This document shows, piece by piece, positions 61,576-64,000 of a stretch of DNA of 64,000 nucleotides. Every line of letters begins with the position of its first letter. Position 1 is the first letter of the stretch. Origin of the DNA: Narcine bancroftii (taxonomy: Eukaryota). The notes beneath the pieces are model-generated. The model had not been told where the DNA came from and searched no databases. It saw only the letters and a program-made list of their open reading frames with translations. The stretch is taken from contig NC_091478.1 of assembly GCF_036971445.1 (NCBI RefSeq), forward strand, positions 88,660,001-88,724,000, given 5' to 3'. The position numbers and the translations under genes are program-made.

Positions 61576-64000
61576 GTACATCGAATGTATGAAAATGGAA
61601 GCATTTAAAAAAAATGTTTAAAATGAACAAATGCAAATAATTTTGCCACTGAAACAGACTTACAGATCTTGAACCAGGTCCAACTTGGTACATGCTCCCT
61701 GAGCAGCTTTCTTGGTGCATATGTTGGTGAATCTCAGTGAGTTTGCTCTTCTGCTCCTTGACTCTGGATTTAGGAAGTTCATGATTTCCACTTTCAAATA
61801 TACTTACGCATTTGTCCTAAGCTTCCTAGCATTATTGCAGGTGGATGTTAAGTTTGCCATGAGCTATTGACATTTCCCATCAGGATTCGACCCGTTTGTT
61901 TTCACTGATTTTCTAGACAGTTTAACACTTGCTGGGCAACAATAGCATCCCACCTAAAGCAGTTTTTAGATTTGGGTATCGTATTATCTTTGCAATTAAA
62001 CAAAGTATTCTAAAAGATTGACCTTTTCCATGTCTTGCAGGGTTTAGCAACCATGTACATGGTTCAGTTTTTTTTAAACAATGCTCAGTTGAAAATTATC
62101 AAATAATCCTTGAGTTATTGAATTGTCTCAGTTTGACCTTTGCAGACTTGGAAGATGAAATAGCTTTAAGGCTTGGCTTTGCTATGGCAACATTACCATT
62201 CTGCAACTGTTTTTTTTAAAGCTGAATTGTTGCAAACATTTAATGTCTTAGAGCAAAATTTAAGACTTCATGAATATTTGCCTTATCATTTTACTTATGC
62301 ACTGCAGTTCCAATAGTGCTGCACTTTCACTTTTTCTCTGGTTGCAGAACACCAAATGTTTCTTTAAGAAAGGTTTGGCAAATCTTTTTCATCATTTGTT
62401 ATTTGTGATATTATAAACCAATACAGGTACTAGTAATATAGTCAGGAACATTCAACACGGAAACAAGCTTTTTGTCCCATTGAAGCATCCCATTGAAGAA
62501 ACCATTAAGCATCCGTTTACACTAATCTTTTTTAAAAATTCTCAACACATTTTCATTAACTCCCTCAGAAATTCTGCCACTCATCTTGGTAATTATTAGA
62601 GGTAATTAATCTATCAAACCCTATCTTTGAGATGTGGGAGGAAGCCAACTCACCAGGAGGAAAGCCCTGCAGACACGAGTAGAATGTGCAAACTCTACAC
62701 AGGTCAAGATCAAATTAGTCTCTGGAGTTGAGGGGAGCAGTTCTCGCTCTAGCATTGTGTGCCACCAAAGTTATTTTGAAGTTCCCTATCAAATTAACAT
62801 GATGAAATTGAGTCATAAACTGACAACTGTTCTTGCCTCTTAAATTACAGATCAAATACCTGATAAATACCAATAAAATAATACTAATGGGTTAGAACTG
62901 AGCAAATCAAATCAATCCTTTGTGTTTTTCATGTATCATCATTGTGTTGGAAGCAGGAAATAACTGAGTTTGATGTAAAATGGCAGGGACAATCAATGAA
63001 ATGACACGAGCATTTGTTGGAATCCTGTATTTTCCCATCAGTGTGTGTGCACAAAAAATCATTACTGGTAATAAAATAGTCTAGGACAACAAAAAAAAAC
63101 TCTGGATATAGAATATTATTTGGTTGGAGACTCAAAATAAAGGCATGTTTATTGAAAACCCTGAATATGTGAGAAGGTTCCATGAGCTAGAGAAGTAATG
63201 TTTTGAAAGTTTATAAAGTGATGTCAGGATAAGGGAATTGTTCTCTGAATGAGATTGAATAGACTAAGCCCTATATTCTCTAGAATTAAATGAAACATGA
63301 AAGATCAGATGCTGAGGAATCTAGAACTGGAATCGGTTTCAAAAGAAGTCGGGCGTTCTTTAACTCAGTAGGCAAATTTGTAGACAACATTCAGGGTTAA
63401 AAATCAGTGGATGCTTGAATATCAAATGCAGGGAAGTGCAGCAGACCTATAATCTTATTCAGTGGTGAAACAGGCTTGAAGAAAGAAATGGATCAGTTTT
63501 ACAATTTTTGTTCTTTCTGACCCAACTCTTTGTCCATGTTTGTCTCAATCACTGCCCTGCTTCTTCTACTTTTACTGAATATCAGGATGCTTTAATAACT
63601 TAGATGTTCCCGGTCCATCTGTCTGTTCCTCTCTAAATGCTAATAACATAGCATTCCAGTTTTTCCAAGTACAGCAGCTTTTACAGTTGTCTATGAGAGC
63701 AAGTGGTTTCCTTCCTTTTTAAAAAAAAACGTCAGCCATAAGAGTTTCATGTTTTGTGTCTCGCTAAGGCTAAGGCTTATTGAGCTAAAATGTTTCTGGC
63801 TTTTGTTTTAGGTTTGCTCTCCCTTGCAAATTATTTATACATTTTTTTCATAATTGTTAAAGCTTCTGATAATTATTGACTGCCGTCATTGATTACTGAA
63901 GTTTGGCATAACCTCTCGTCCTTTTAAATTCTATCCCCAGAAATCAGCTTAATAACTTTGATCACATCATCCTTAAGCTTTTTCATTTGAAGTGAATAAA

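Noticed and set aside
57130-64000. URI1 exon 5
   Set aside because: No matching peptide recognised; it presumably lies beyond the window.

Overview
Vertebrate nuclear DNA (intron-exon genes in a dense background of CR1, Rex/L2-like, L1/Tx1, RTE, Penelope, V-SINE-like and Gypsy repeats). The repeat repertoire suggests a cartilaginous fish (shark/ray); this is an inference. Three genes were reconstructed exon by exon, all with GT-AG junctions in consistent phase: (1) a 6-exon BtpA/SgcQ-family gene on the minus strand (22474->11937, 268 aa); (2) cyclin E1 (CCNE1) on the plus strand (23019->30268, 11 coding exons, 408 aa), head-to-head with the BtpA gene across a CpG-island promoter; (3) the first four coding exons of URI1 (37420->57129, continuing beyond the window). 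The most unusual structures are: a degenerate tandem copy of two CCNE1 exons that could still be spliced in frame; an inverted, tandem-amplified copy of the URI1 promoter and exon 1 facing the CCNE1 3' end, bracketed by ~372-bp near-identical direct repeats; apparent loss of the N-terminal Fbw7 degron of cyclin E1; a TSD-flanked 5'-half tRNA-Thr retrocopy; and a decayed segment weakly resembling a mononegaviral L protein. There is no prokaryotic-type system. All comparisons with other species are from memory and were not computed.
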